Assembly (NCBI GenBank): GCA_965222075.1
Contig: OZ244937.1
Location: 192,001-256,000, forward strand
Origin: Candidatus Latescibacterota bacterium
GTDB lineage: Bacteria > Latescibacterota > UBA2968 > GCA-2709665
Length of the DNA: 64,000 nt
Reading direction: 5' to 3'
The position numbers and the translations under genes are program-made. Shown here piece after piece: positions 21,064 to 29,442 of this stretch. The notes under the pieces are model-generated. The model searched no databases. It was not told the DNA's origin and saw only the letters and a program-made list of their open reading frames with translations. Each line of letters starts with the position of its first letter. The stretch's first letter is position 1.

Positions 21064-22383
21064 ATGGCAGGCAAAGACGGAAAGCTGGCGGTTCTGGGCG
21101 GTCCAAAGGCGGTGGCGATCGACCAACCGGACAGGTGGGAGAAGATGACGGACGAGATGGTCCAGCGGGTAAAGCAGATGGTGGAGGAGGCAGATATATC
21201 GTCGCAGGGGGAGAAGGTCGCCCGGGACCTGGAGGATAGATTTGCGGAGTTCATCGGTGCAAACCACGCGGTATTGCAGCACAATGGCACCTCCACCCTG
21301 TGGGCATCCTACTTTGCGCTTGGGGTTGGACCGGGTGACGAGATTCTCCATCCCAATTTTACCTGGATCTGTTCCTTCGGTCCGGCGGTCTACCTGGGTG
21401 CCCGACCGGTCTTCTGCGAGATCGATCCGCGGACCTTCCTGATCGATCCGGAGGATATGGAGAAGCGCATCACGCCCCGGACCAAGGCGATTTCGGTGGT
21501 CCACTGGGGAGGCAATGTGTGCGACATGGGAGCGGTGATGGATGTGGCCAACCGGCACGGCATCCCGGTGATCGAGGACTGTTCCCACGCCCACGGGGCG
21601 AGTTACGACGGGAAGATGGTGGGAACGATCGGCGCGATCGGCGGGTTCAGCTTCCAGGGGGTGCCGGGGCAGGGGAAGCCGATTTCCGGGGGGGAATGCG
21701 GGATGGTGGCCACGATGGACCGCCACCTGTACGAGCGGGTGATGGTGTTCGGTCAGGCAGGGCGGCCGGACATGGCGGACAGGCTGGAGGACCCTGTACA
21801 CAAACGGCTCGCGCCCTTCGGGCTGGGGCTGAAGTTCCGGGCGAATCCGCTCGGGGCTGCGATTGCGCACGTGCAGTTTGGCCGAATACGGAAACAGAAT
21901 GAGGGTCGGTGGGACTACGTGATGGCCCTGAACAAGGGTCTGGAGGAGATTCCGGGGGTCGATCCGCTCACCATCTATCCGAAGGCCAAACCGGGGGGAT
22001 GGTATGCCGGACTGCAGGCCCGGTATCGGCCGGAGGATCTGGATGGGTTGCCCAGGGAGCGGTATTGCGAGGCGCTGCAGGCGGAGGGGGTCAACGTGCG
22101 TGCGGGCGCCTACTCCGATGCGTTCGGCCCTCGGGCAGGGGCGCGGCATATTCCGTATCACCTGGTGCCGCCGTATTCCAGGGGGTTCGATTTCTACACC
22201 CACGGGCGGGGACCGCTGTGGGAGGGGTATGAGGGGTATTCCCCAGAGGATTACCCGCAGACCCGGAGGGCGCTGTCGCGCATGCTGCAGCTTCCCGTAT
22301 TGACGGACCCCGAAGAGGGCGCTGTGGAACAGTTCTTGGACGCGTTCCGCAAGGTGGCCGAGAACTATAAGGCACTCCTCTAA
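21064..22383 (+). CDS. DegT/DnrJ/EryC1/StrS-family aminotransferase
   Basis: NGTSTL, GVGPGDEIL, IEDCSHAHGA, FSFQGVPGQGKPISGGECG. ATG 21064 behind GGAGGA. Confidence 0.92.
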   Translation: MAGKDGKLAVLGGPKAVAIDQPDRWEKMTDEMVQRVKQMVEEADISSQGEKVARDLEDRFAEFIGANHAVLQHNGTSTLWASYFALGVGPGDEILHPNFTWICSFGPAVYLGARPVFCEIDPRTFLIDPEDMEKRITPRTKAISVVHWGGNVCDMGAVMDVANRHGIPVIEDCSHAHGASYDGKMVGTIGAIGGFSFQGVPGQGKPISGGECGMVATMDRHLYERVMVFGQAGRPDMADRLEDPVHKRLAPFGLGLKFRANPLGAAIAHVQFGRIRKQNEGRWDYVMALNKGLEEIPGVDPLTIYPKAKPGGWYAGLQARYRPEDLDGLPRERYCEALQAEGVNVRAGAYSDAFGPRAGARHIPYHLVPPYSRGFDFYTHGRGPLWEGYEGYSPEDYPQTRRALSRMLQLPVLTDPEEGAVEQFLDAFRKVAENYKALL

Positions 22384-22446
22384 CGGCCCATTTCGTAAAT
22401 TCGCATACGGCAGACGGCCTGCGGAGATCGCAAGGGAGGGAGAATA

Positions 22447-25374
22447 GTGCCAAAACCTGCAACCGACCGTGTCTCCGTTTTCATTGAGCCGATTCCCGGC
22501 AGGGAACCGGACGGGTTCGCCGTTGCCTTTCGTGGTGCCGACGGCTCCGAGGCAACCGGCGCCGAGTTCTCACTGCCCGCCGGAAAAGTGGGCACCTGGG
22601 AACTGACAGTGACGGTGGCCTCCGAGGTCGCAACCGGCGGCGGATTCCTCTTCCAGCGGCGCGGCTTTCTGCTGGGACACCGAACGGTAGTAGGCGTGAT
22701 CCTGCTCGCTGTCGTTTGGAGCTTGAGGTCGGTCACTGGCGTGGCCGCCCAGGAGCTATCTGCGGCGGCCGTTGACTCCATCTACAAAAGCGGGTTGAAA
22801 GCCAGGGATGCCAGAGGTGTGCTGGCAGCGGCCAGCAGGTTGGAGGCAGCCGTTCCCGGCTTCCCCGAACCCGCCAAACTGCTGAGCCGGATCGGCATGC
22901 TCTACCTGCGGACCGGAGCGACTGACAAGGCGCGGTCGGCCTTTCACCGGGCCATTCAACACAGCGCTGGACAGGTGGACGCCCACGTCGGATTGGGACG
23001 CATCGCCCTGGAGCTGGAGGATGATCCGGAGCAGGCGCTGGCCCACTTCAGGGCGGCCATGGCGGCCGATTCCACCTACAAATGGGCCCCCTACTTCGCC
23101 GCACGGGCCGCGTCCCGCATCGGCCTTGCGCTGATCAAGGAGGGCGTGGCCGACAGCGCCAGGTCGATGCTGCAGGAGGCCATTTCGCACGATCCGGACC
23201 TGGCCAGTTCGCACATCGGGCTCGGGCGTGTTGCCCTGGAATTGAAGCGAGATCCAGATATGGCCCTGTCCCACTTCCAGGCGGCTGCGAAGCTCGACTC
23301 TACGAATGCTGAGGTCCATTATCTTCTCGTCCGGACCTACGAAAAGCTGAAGGATCACGTTGGGGCCAGAAAGTCTGCGGACCGAACGATCCGTCTCGAC
23401 CCCGCTCACGCCCAGGCCTATCTCCTGCTGGCACGGTCGCATCGAGCAGAAGGCAACCGAAAGGCGGCCCTGGTCTATATCAAGAAGTACCTCGAGCAAA
23501 AGCCGTCGGACCAGGAACCGGCCTACGCCTTTGCATTGGAGTTGATGGAGGAGGGTCGATTCAGGGAGGTCGAGGAAATCACCTCCAGGATGACGAACGA
23601 CGAGGCCCTGCCCCTGCTGGCGCAGTCGTTAATGAAGAGGGGTGACTTCGAGAGTGCCGCCGCCGCGTTCGAACTCTTTATGAAGGGCTTGTCCACAGAA
23701 GAGCGAAATCAGTATACCGACATCTCCCTGGTGGCGTTACCCCACGAGCTCGAAGCCTACCAAGAAACGCCCGAGGAAAAGCGCGCCGATTTTTTACGCC
23801 AGTTCTGGCTGCGCCACGATCCCTTAAAGGCTTCCGGGGGCTGGATGCGCCGCGCCGAGCACTATCGAAGGGTCTGGTACGCGCGCACCTTCTTTGGAGA
23901 AGGGAAATGGCCTTGGGACCGCCGCGGGGAGGTCTACATTCGCTACGGTGAACCGGACTACCGTTCCACTTCGGAGAAGATCAACGCCCAGGTTCCCCCG
24001 GCGGTCCAGCAGGTGCAGGACAAGATGGCCTATGAGCTTTATGGGCAATCGGCGATCGGGCTCTCTTTCCAGGGGCCCGTCTTTCCGATTCGAACGGGCC
24101 TCGGATTTCACGACGATCCCCCCCAGGAATTCATCGAGGAGGCGGAAGGCTTCTTTGCCGCGGAGGAAGGGTTGAGCCTTGAAGCCCTGGAGGAGCCGTT
24201 TCCTGAGGCAAGGGTCCATCTGGACCCCGAATTCACGATCGGATTGACCAACTGGAAGCCGGTCGTCGGGGGAAACAACTGGGCGGCGATTCCGTGGGAG
24301 GTCTGGATTTACGCCAACGTGGGCACCGGACTGGAAGTGGCCTTTACTGATGAACGTCGATCCAATGCCTTCGACTACGCGCCTGTCCCTGGAGTGACGA
24401 AACGCGACCTGGACCAACTGGACGAAGATCGCTACGCGGGACAAACGGCCTATATGCGACTCGTCCAGCGTTTGACGGAGTATGCCCCGGGCGTTCGAGT
24501 CCAGACCGTGGCCAGCAGCCAGCCCGAGCACTATGACGTAGCTGAGTTTGAACCGTTGGATTTCTACTACGACGTTGTCTCATTCCGGGGCAGGGCCGGG
24601 AAGACGGACCTGCAACTGAATATCGGAATCCCGATCGAAAGCGTGATTCTGGAGCCAGATACGGCAAAAGTCGTGAAGTTGAACCGCCGGGTCGCGCTAC
24701 TAGACGCCGCGGAGTCCTGGGCCGTACCGATGCAGAGGGACCTGCAGGTCCCCATATCCGGCCAGAGAGCGGGCAGGGCGCTGCTGGACAGGGTAGACGT
24801 CATCGATTTCCAGCCAGGAGATTACAAGGTTGCGGTTCAGGTGCATCGGTACGACACCAACCGCCTCCAGGCTTACGTGCAGGAGCTTTCCCTCGAAGAC
24901 TATTCGGGTGCGGACCTGATGCTGAGCGACCTGTTCGTGGCAAAGGAGGTGTCCGAGGCCGCGTCCACCTCAGATCCCAATTTTGTGCGAGGGAAGTGGA
25001 GAATCATACCGCTGCCGTCCCACGTCTTTCACGTAGGACAGCACGTGTTCATCTATTTCGAGATCTACAACCTGACGCGGGATGAGTTCGGGGGCACGCG
25101 CTACAGGGTGACCTATGAGGTCCGTGGAACCGATGAGACCGGAATCAGCAGCGCACCCCTCCTCACCAGGATCCTCGGGCGGCAGGCGGGGGCGACGGTA
25201 ACGGTCAGCTATGAACAGACCGGCACAGAAGAGTCCGTTTCGGACTACGTGGGCCTCGACATCGGGGACGCCTCTCCGGGACGCTACACGGTCCAGATGA
25301 CCGTAAAGGACCTGCACAGCGGCCAGGAGGCGACCAAAGAAAGGACGTTTTGGGTCAAGAGCCGCTCCCAGTAG
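22447..25374 (+). CDS. TPR-repeat + GWxTD-like domain protein, N-terminally fused to a DUF3604-paralogue fragment
   Basis: Residues 1-79 match the DUF3604 paralogue N-termini. The rest is collinear with 51270..53990 (TPR-like helices, FLRQFWLRHDP, EHYRRVWYA, WDRRGEVYIRYGEPD). Confidence 0.85.
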   Translation: MPKPATDRVSVFIEPIPGREPDGFAVAFRGADGSEATGAEFSLPAGKVGTWELTVTVASEVATGGGFLFQRRGFLLGHRTVVGVILLAVVWSLRSVTGVAAQELSAAAVDSIYKSGLKARDARGVLAAASRLEAAVPGFPEPAKLLSRIGMLYLRTGATDKARSAFHRAIQHSAGQVDAHVGLGRIALELEDDPEQALAHFRAAMAADSTYKWAPYFAARAASRIGLALIKEGVADSARSMLQEAISHDPDLASSHIGLGRVALELKRDPDMALSHFQAAAKLDSTNAEVHYLLVRTYEKLKDHVGARKSADRTIRLDPAHAQAYLLLARSHRAEGNRKAALVYIKKYLEQKPSDQEPAYAFALELMEEGRFREVEEITSRMTNDEALPLLAQSLMKRGDFESAAAAFELFMKGLSTEERNQYTDISLVALPHELEAYQETPEEKRADFLRQFWLRHDPLKASGGWMRRAEHYRRVWYARTFFGEGKWPWDRRGEVYIRYGEPDYRSTSEKINAQVPPAVQQVQDKMAYELYGQSAIGLSFQGPVFPIRTGLGFHDDPPQEFIEEAEGFFAAEEGLSLEALEEPFPEARVHLDPEFTIGLTNWKPVVGGNNWAAIPWEVWIYANVGTGLEVAFTDERRSNAFDYAPVPGVTKRDLDQLDEDRYAGQTAYMRLVQRLTEYAPGVRVQTVASSQPEHYDVAEFEPLDFYYDVVSFRGRAGKTDLQLNIGIPIESVILEPDTAKVVKLNRRVALLDAAESWAVPMQRDLQVPISGQRAGRALLDRVDVIDFQPGDYKVAVQVHRYDTNRLQAYVQELSLEDYSGADLMLSDLFVAKEVSEAASTSDPNFVRGKWRIIPLPSHVFHVGQHVFIYFEIYNLTRDEFGGTRYRVTYEVRGTDETGISSAPLLTRILGRQAGATVTVSYEQTGTEESVSDYVGLDIGDASPGRYTVQMTVKDLHSGQEATKERTFWVKSRSQ

Positions 25375-25434
25375 ACAGGGAAAATCGTTCAACAAAAGCT
25401 GCAGAAAAACTGGAAGGATGAGACCGGAGGACAG

Positions 25435-26595
25435 ATGAAAATTACCGATATCAAGACGACAATCGTTTCTATCCCCTTCACGGAGGTGGAAATCTGGTCT
25501 ATGGGCCACAGGCCCGGCGTAACGAATATCATCCTTGAGATCTGCACCGATGAGGGAATAACGGGTCTCGGAGAGGCTATGGGGTTTCCCTCGGTCGCCG
25601 TCGTGCACGACATCGTCGAGCTATCCAAACCCAGGCTCATCGGCCAGGACCCTTTTAACGTGGAGAAGGTTATGGATCTTCTCTACAGGTCCGGGGGATG
25701 GCAGAGCTTCCTGAACACAGGAAACATAGCCCTGGGCGGGATCGAGATGGCCCTTTGGGACATCATCGGAAAGGCGTGCGGAAAACCCCTGTATCAACTG
25801 TTCGGAGGGCTGGTCAGAGAAAAGATCCCCTTCATGTACTTCCTGCCCAGGACAGACCAGGATCAAATGGTGGAAAGAGCAAAGAAAGCCGTAGAAAGGG
25901 GCTTTCGAACCATCTACATGAAGGTCGGGATCGACCCGGAAGAGGATGTTCGACTCGTCCGGGCGGTGAGGGAGGCCGTCGGTTCCGGTCCCAACCTCCG
26001 CGTCGACGCCAACGAGGCCTGGTCCCCTTCTCAGGCGATCAACATGATCCGAAAAATGGAGGAATACGATCTCGAGTTCGTGGAACAGCCCGTCCATTTC
26101 AGGGATTTCGACGGCATGGCCACCGTCAGACGCTCCGTGGACGTCCCCATCGCGGCCAATCAGACCTCCTGGACCCAGTTCGATGTCCTGGAAGTGATCA
26201 AGCGCGAAGCGGCCGACATCGTGCTGACGGACCCCCATCAACTCGGCGGGCTCTTTATCTTCAAAAAGGTGGCCGCGATGCTCGAATTTGCAGGCATTCC
26301 CATCGTCAAACACACCTTCTGCGACCTGGGCGTGTCAGCCAACGCGGCCATGCACGTGGTGGCTTCGAGTCCGAACTTCACCTACGCGAATCAGACTTAT
26401 GGTGATTACCTGAGCGACGACATCATCCAGGGAGGGCTGCCCAACTTCGAGGGAGATTGTGTTTCGGTTTCGCAAAGGCCCGGTATTGGCGTCGAGCTGG
26501 ATCCTGAGAGGATGGAGAAATATTCGAAGCTCTATAGAGAGAAGGGAGAGTTTTCGGCCTTTACACCCAATATGGGAGCGGTAGAAACCCGGTGA
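25435..26595 (+). CDS. enolase-superfamily (mandelate racemase / muconate lactonising / glucarate dehydratase-like) enzyme
   Basis: MKITDI, TDEGITGLGE, IEMALWDIIGK, VDANEAW, VEQP, C-terminal PGIGVELD. Confidence 0.92.
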   Translation: MKITDIKTTIVSIPFTEVEIWSMGHRPGVTNIILEICTDEGITGLGEAMGFPSVAVVHDIVELSKPRLIGQDPFNVEKVMDLLYRSGGWQSFLNTGNIALGGIEMALWDIIGKACGKPLYQLFGGLVREKIPFMYFLPRTDQDQMVERAKKAVERGFRTIYMKVGIDPEEDVRLVRAVREAVGSGPNLRVDANEAWSPSQAINMIRKMEEYDLEFVEQPVHFRDFDGMATVRRSVDVPIAANQTSWTQFDVLEVIKREAADIVLTDPHQLGGLFIFKKVAAMLEFAGIPIVKHTFCDLGVSANAAMHVVASSPNFTYANQTYGDYLSDDIIQGGLPNFEGDCVSVSQRPGIGVELDPERMEKYSKLYREKGEFSAFTPNMGAVETR

Positions 26596-26605
26596 CAGCA
26601 ACCAG

Positions 26606-27502
26606 ATGGAGGGAGGGAGTACCATGGGCGGTCTGAGTCCCCGGCGAACTGCGTCTTTCCTGGAGAACGGATACCTGGTGCTGGAGCATCTGCTCTCCCC
26701 GGAGGACCTGCAGCCCCTGATCGACGAAATCGAAGCAGTGATCGACCGGAAGGCCCGTGAGGCATACGCAGAGGGGCGTCTGAGCGACCTGTTCGAGGAC
26801 GAGCCGTTCGACCGTCGCCTGGCCTGTCTCTGCGAGACGATAGAGAGTCCTGGGGACATCAGAACCGCGGTTATGGGGAGAAACCTGAAGGCTGGGATGT
26901 TTGGGAGCGCAGGAATGTTCCGGGTGATTACCCACCCGAAGGTTCTGGACATCGTCGAGTCGGTGATAGGCCCCGAGATCCTCGCCCACCCCCAGTTCAA
27001 TCTGCAGGCCAAGATGCCCCGAGAGGAAATGTCGAAAGTCCCGTGGCATCAGGACCTGGAATTCCTGGAGTCCGACGCGAAAGAGACGTTTATGGTCAAC
27101 GTCTGGATTCCGCTCGTCGATGCGACGGTCGAGAACGGATGTTTGCAAGTCATTTCCGGCAGCCACAAGGCCGGGCTGATCTCCCACGGCAAACTGCCCA
27201 ACTACCGGACAAGGGGAGTAAAGGTGGATAACTTCCCGTGTGGAGCAATCCAGTCCTGCCCGATTTTGAAAGGCGGAGCGGTCGTATTTCAAAACGTAAC
27301 CGTCCACCGCTCCTTCCTCAACCGGACCGAGGGCATCCGATGGACCGTGGACCTTCGCTACTCCGATCCGGGATTGTCCACCGGCCGAGATGAAATCTCT
27401 GGCTTTACCGCGCGCAGCAGGGCTCACCCCGAAACGGTGATCAAGAACCACGAGGAGTGGGCCAGCCTGATGCCCGATCGGGCACTGCTGCACAGATCAT
27501 AG
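26606..27502 (+). CDS. phytanoyl-CoA dioxygenase (PhyH) family, canonical HxD type
   Basis: FLENGYLV, PWHQD, WIPLVDATVENGCL, GSH, distal TVHRS, RWTVDLRY. Start may be ATG 26624. Confidence 0.9.
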   Translation: MEGGSTMGGLSPRRTASFLENGYLVLEHLLSPEDLQPLIDEIEAVIDRKAREAYAEGRLSDLFEDEPFDRRLACLCETIESPGDIRTAVMGRNLKAGMFGSAGMFRVITHPKVLDIVESVIGPEILAHPQFNLQAKMPREEMSKVPWHQDLEFLESDAKETFMVNVWIPLVDATVENGCLQVISGSHKAGLISHGKLPNYRTRGVKVDNFPCGAIQSCPILKGGAVVFQNVTVHRSFLNRTEGIRWTVDLRYSDPGLSTGRDEISGFTARSRAHPETVIKNHEEWASLMPDRALLHRS

Positions 27503-27581
27503 TCGGGAGTGGGCACCTGCGCTCCGCTGCATCCGGGCGTAGGTGGCACCCTGATCACCGACAAGCTGTGGGGAGGTCGCC

Positions 27582-28355
27582 ATGCTTTTGGACGGTCGCG
27601 TGGCCATCATCACCGGCGGGGCCAGCGGGATCGGCCTGGCCACGGCCCGACGCTTCGGCAAAGAAGGTGCCAGACTCTGTGTGGCCACGATCAATCAAGA
27701 GAAGATCGACCGGGCGGTACCGGAGCTACAGGTCGAAGGAGTCGAGGTGATCGGCCAATGGGTCGACGTTCGGAAGATGGAGGCCGTAAAGGCGATGGTC
27801 GCTGCCGCCATGGAGGCGTTCGGCCGCATCGACATCCTGATCTGCTCTCACGCCTTTTCCGCCTTCGACAATGTCGTCGACCACGACGATGCCCTTTGGG
27901 AGCAGGTCATCGACGTTGATCTGACCGGCTGCTATCGCTGCAGCAAGGCCGTGCTTCCCGCCATGCTGGAGCGGAAGTGGGGACGGATCATCTACGTCTC
28001 AGCAACATCGGCGTTTAGAGCGCAGGCGGCCTGGACGGCCAAGTGCAGTGCCAAGACGGGGCTGCTCGGACTCACCCGCGGGCTGGCCCTGGAAGTGGCC
28101 CAAGACGGCATCACCGTCAACGCCATCTGTCCCTCCTGGGTTCGGACGAAACTCGCCGAAGTGGATGCCCGCGCCCAGGCGGAGCGGGAGGGCAAGTCCT
28201 ACGAACAGTTCTGGGAAGAGACCCTCGCCACGTACCCGATGAAGCGTATAACGGAACCGGAGGAGCAGGCGGATCTGATGCTTTATCTGGCCAGCGATGC
28301 GGCGCGCGGCATGACGGGGCAGGCCATCGCGTTGACGGCCGGTGCCGACTGGTAG
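27582..28355 (+). CDS. short-chain dehydrogenase/reductase (atypical active site)
   Basis: TGGASGIG, FGRIDILI, GITVNAICP, MTGQ. The YxxxK position reads KCSAK. Confidence 0.9.
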   Translation: MLLDGRVAIITGGASGIGLATARRFGKEGARLCVATINQEKIDRAVPELQVEGVEVIGQWVDVRKMEAVKAMVAAAMEAFGRIDILICSHAFSAFDNVVDHDDALWEQVIDVDLTGCYRCSKAVLPAMLERKWGRIIYVSATSAFRAQAAWTAKCSAKTGLLGLTRGLALEVAQDGITVNAICPSWVRTKLAEVDARAQAEREGKSYEQFWEETLATYPMKRITEPEEQADLMLYLASDAARGMTGQAIALTAGADW

Positions 28356-28366
28356 CGATGTGATGG

Positions 28367-28492
28367 GGATCGGTTGCACACCACGTCCGTGCGATGGCCG
28401 AGGCGCTGGGGCGGAAGCCTGCGGCCAGCGAGGCGACCGCCGATCTGGCGAAGCATCCCATCCTTGGGACGGACGCGCCGAGGACGTGGTGA
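28367..28492 (+). pseudogene. 3' remnant of a homocysteine S-methyltransferase-family gene
   Basis: Manual translation GSVAHHVRAMAEALGRKPAASEATADLAKHPILG...W*. Matches the post-GGCC helix (compare IRVMAQALG in 36529..37443). Confidence 0.6.
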
Positions 28493-28537
28493 GGAGATCT
28501 GTTTCCCCAAATTATTTCTTCGAAACAGGAGGCAGAA

Positions 28538-29407
28538 ATGGACGAGTATGAGAAATACCTCTTCGACCTCAACGGCTATCTGGTCCTCGAAGACGTGCTC
28601 ATACCCGAAGAGGTCGCGGCCTGCAACGAGGCCATCGACCACAACCCGGCGGGCGTCACCAAGAGACCCGACCATCGCTTCAGATCGGGCGGCTCGGAAG
28701 CGTTAAAGGGCGAAGTCCGGCGAGACCTGACGGGAATGCTGGCCTGGCCAAAGCCCTGGTGTCTGCCTTTCAGGACACTCCTCTCACACCCCAGGATCAT
28801 GGGCTGTATGCGAGAGTTGCTGGGTGACGGCTTTCGGCTGGATAGCCTCATGGGCATCTTGATGAGCAAAGGTACAGAAGGTTTCACGCTCCACGGAGGC
28901 GGCACCAAGCGCAACAGCTTCGTTCACTTCTACGGATTTGTCAACGGACGGATGCGGGGCGGACTCACCGTGGCCTCTTGGGCCCTGACCGACAGTTGCC
29001 CGGGGGACGGTGGTTTCGCCTGCATCCCCGGCAGTCACAAGGCCAATTACCCGCTTCCCCGGGACGTGGCCCGCCTGGAGAGGGACCTGGGGGTGGTCAG
29101 ACACGTTCCAGTCAAAGCCGGGTCCGTTATCATCTTCACGGAAGCCCTCACGCACGGTACCCTCCCGTGGAAGGCCGATCACGAGCGTCGGGCCGCTCTC
29201 TTCAGATATACCCCCGGTCCCATTGCTCAGAATCACCCCGAGGCCTATCGCAGATCCGACGTGACCGCCGACACCAGAAATTATCGGCCCAACGGCGTCG
29301 ATGAGATGCTGGAGGAATTCACACCCACGCAGCAGGCGCTGCTGGAGCCCCCATACCATCCCGGGAGACCCAAAATTCCCGCTGGCTGCGGGGCCTGCGC
29401 CACCTGA
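28538..29407 (+). CDS. PhyH-family Fe(II)/2OG enzyme, HxG type, copy 1
   Basis: YLFDLNGYL, LHGGG, GGFACIPGSHK, EALTHG, ERR. AGGAGG RBS. Confidence 0.88.
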   Translation: MDEYEKYLFDLNGYLVLEDVLIPEEVAACNEAIDHNPAGVTKRPDHRFRSGGSEALKGEVRRDLTGMLAWPKPWCLPFRTLLSHPRIMGCMRELLGDGFRLDSLMGILMSKGTEGFTLHGGGTKRNSFVHFYGFVNGRMRGGLTVASWALTDSCPGDGGFACIPGSHKANYPLPRDVARLERDLGVVRHVPVKAGSVIIFTEALTHGTLPWKADHERRAALFRYTPGPIAQNHPEAYRRSDVTADTRNYRPNGVDEMLEEFTPTQQALLEPPYHPGRPKIPAGCGACAT

Positions 29408-29442
29408 GGCAGAACCGGTAATAAAAAAGGAAACACGACGCC

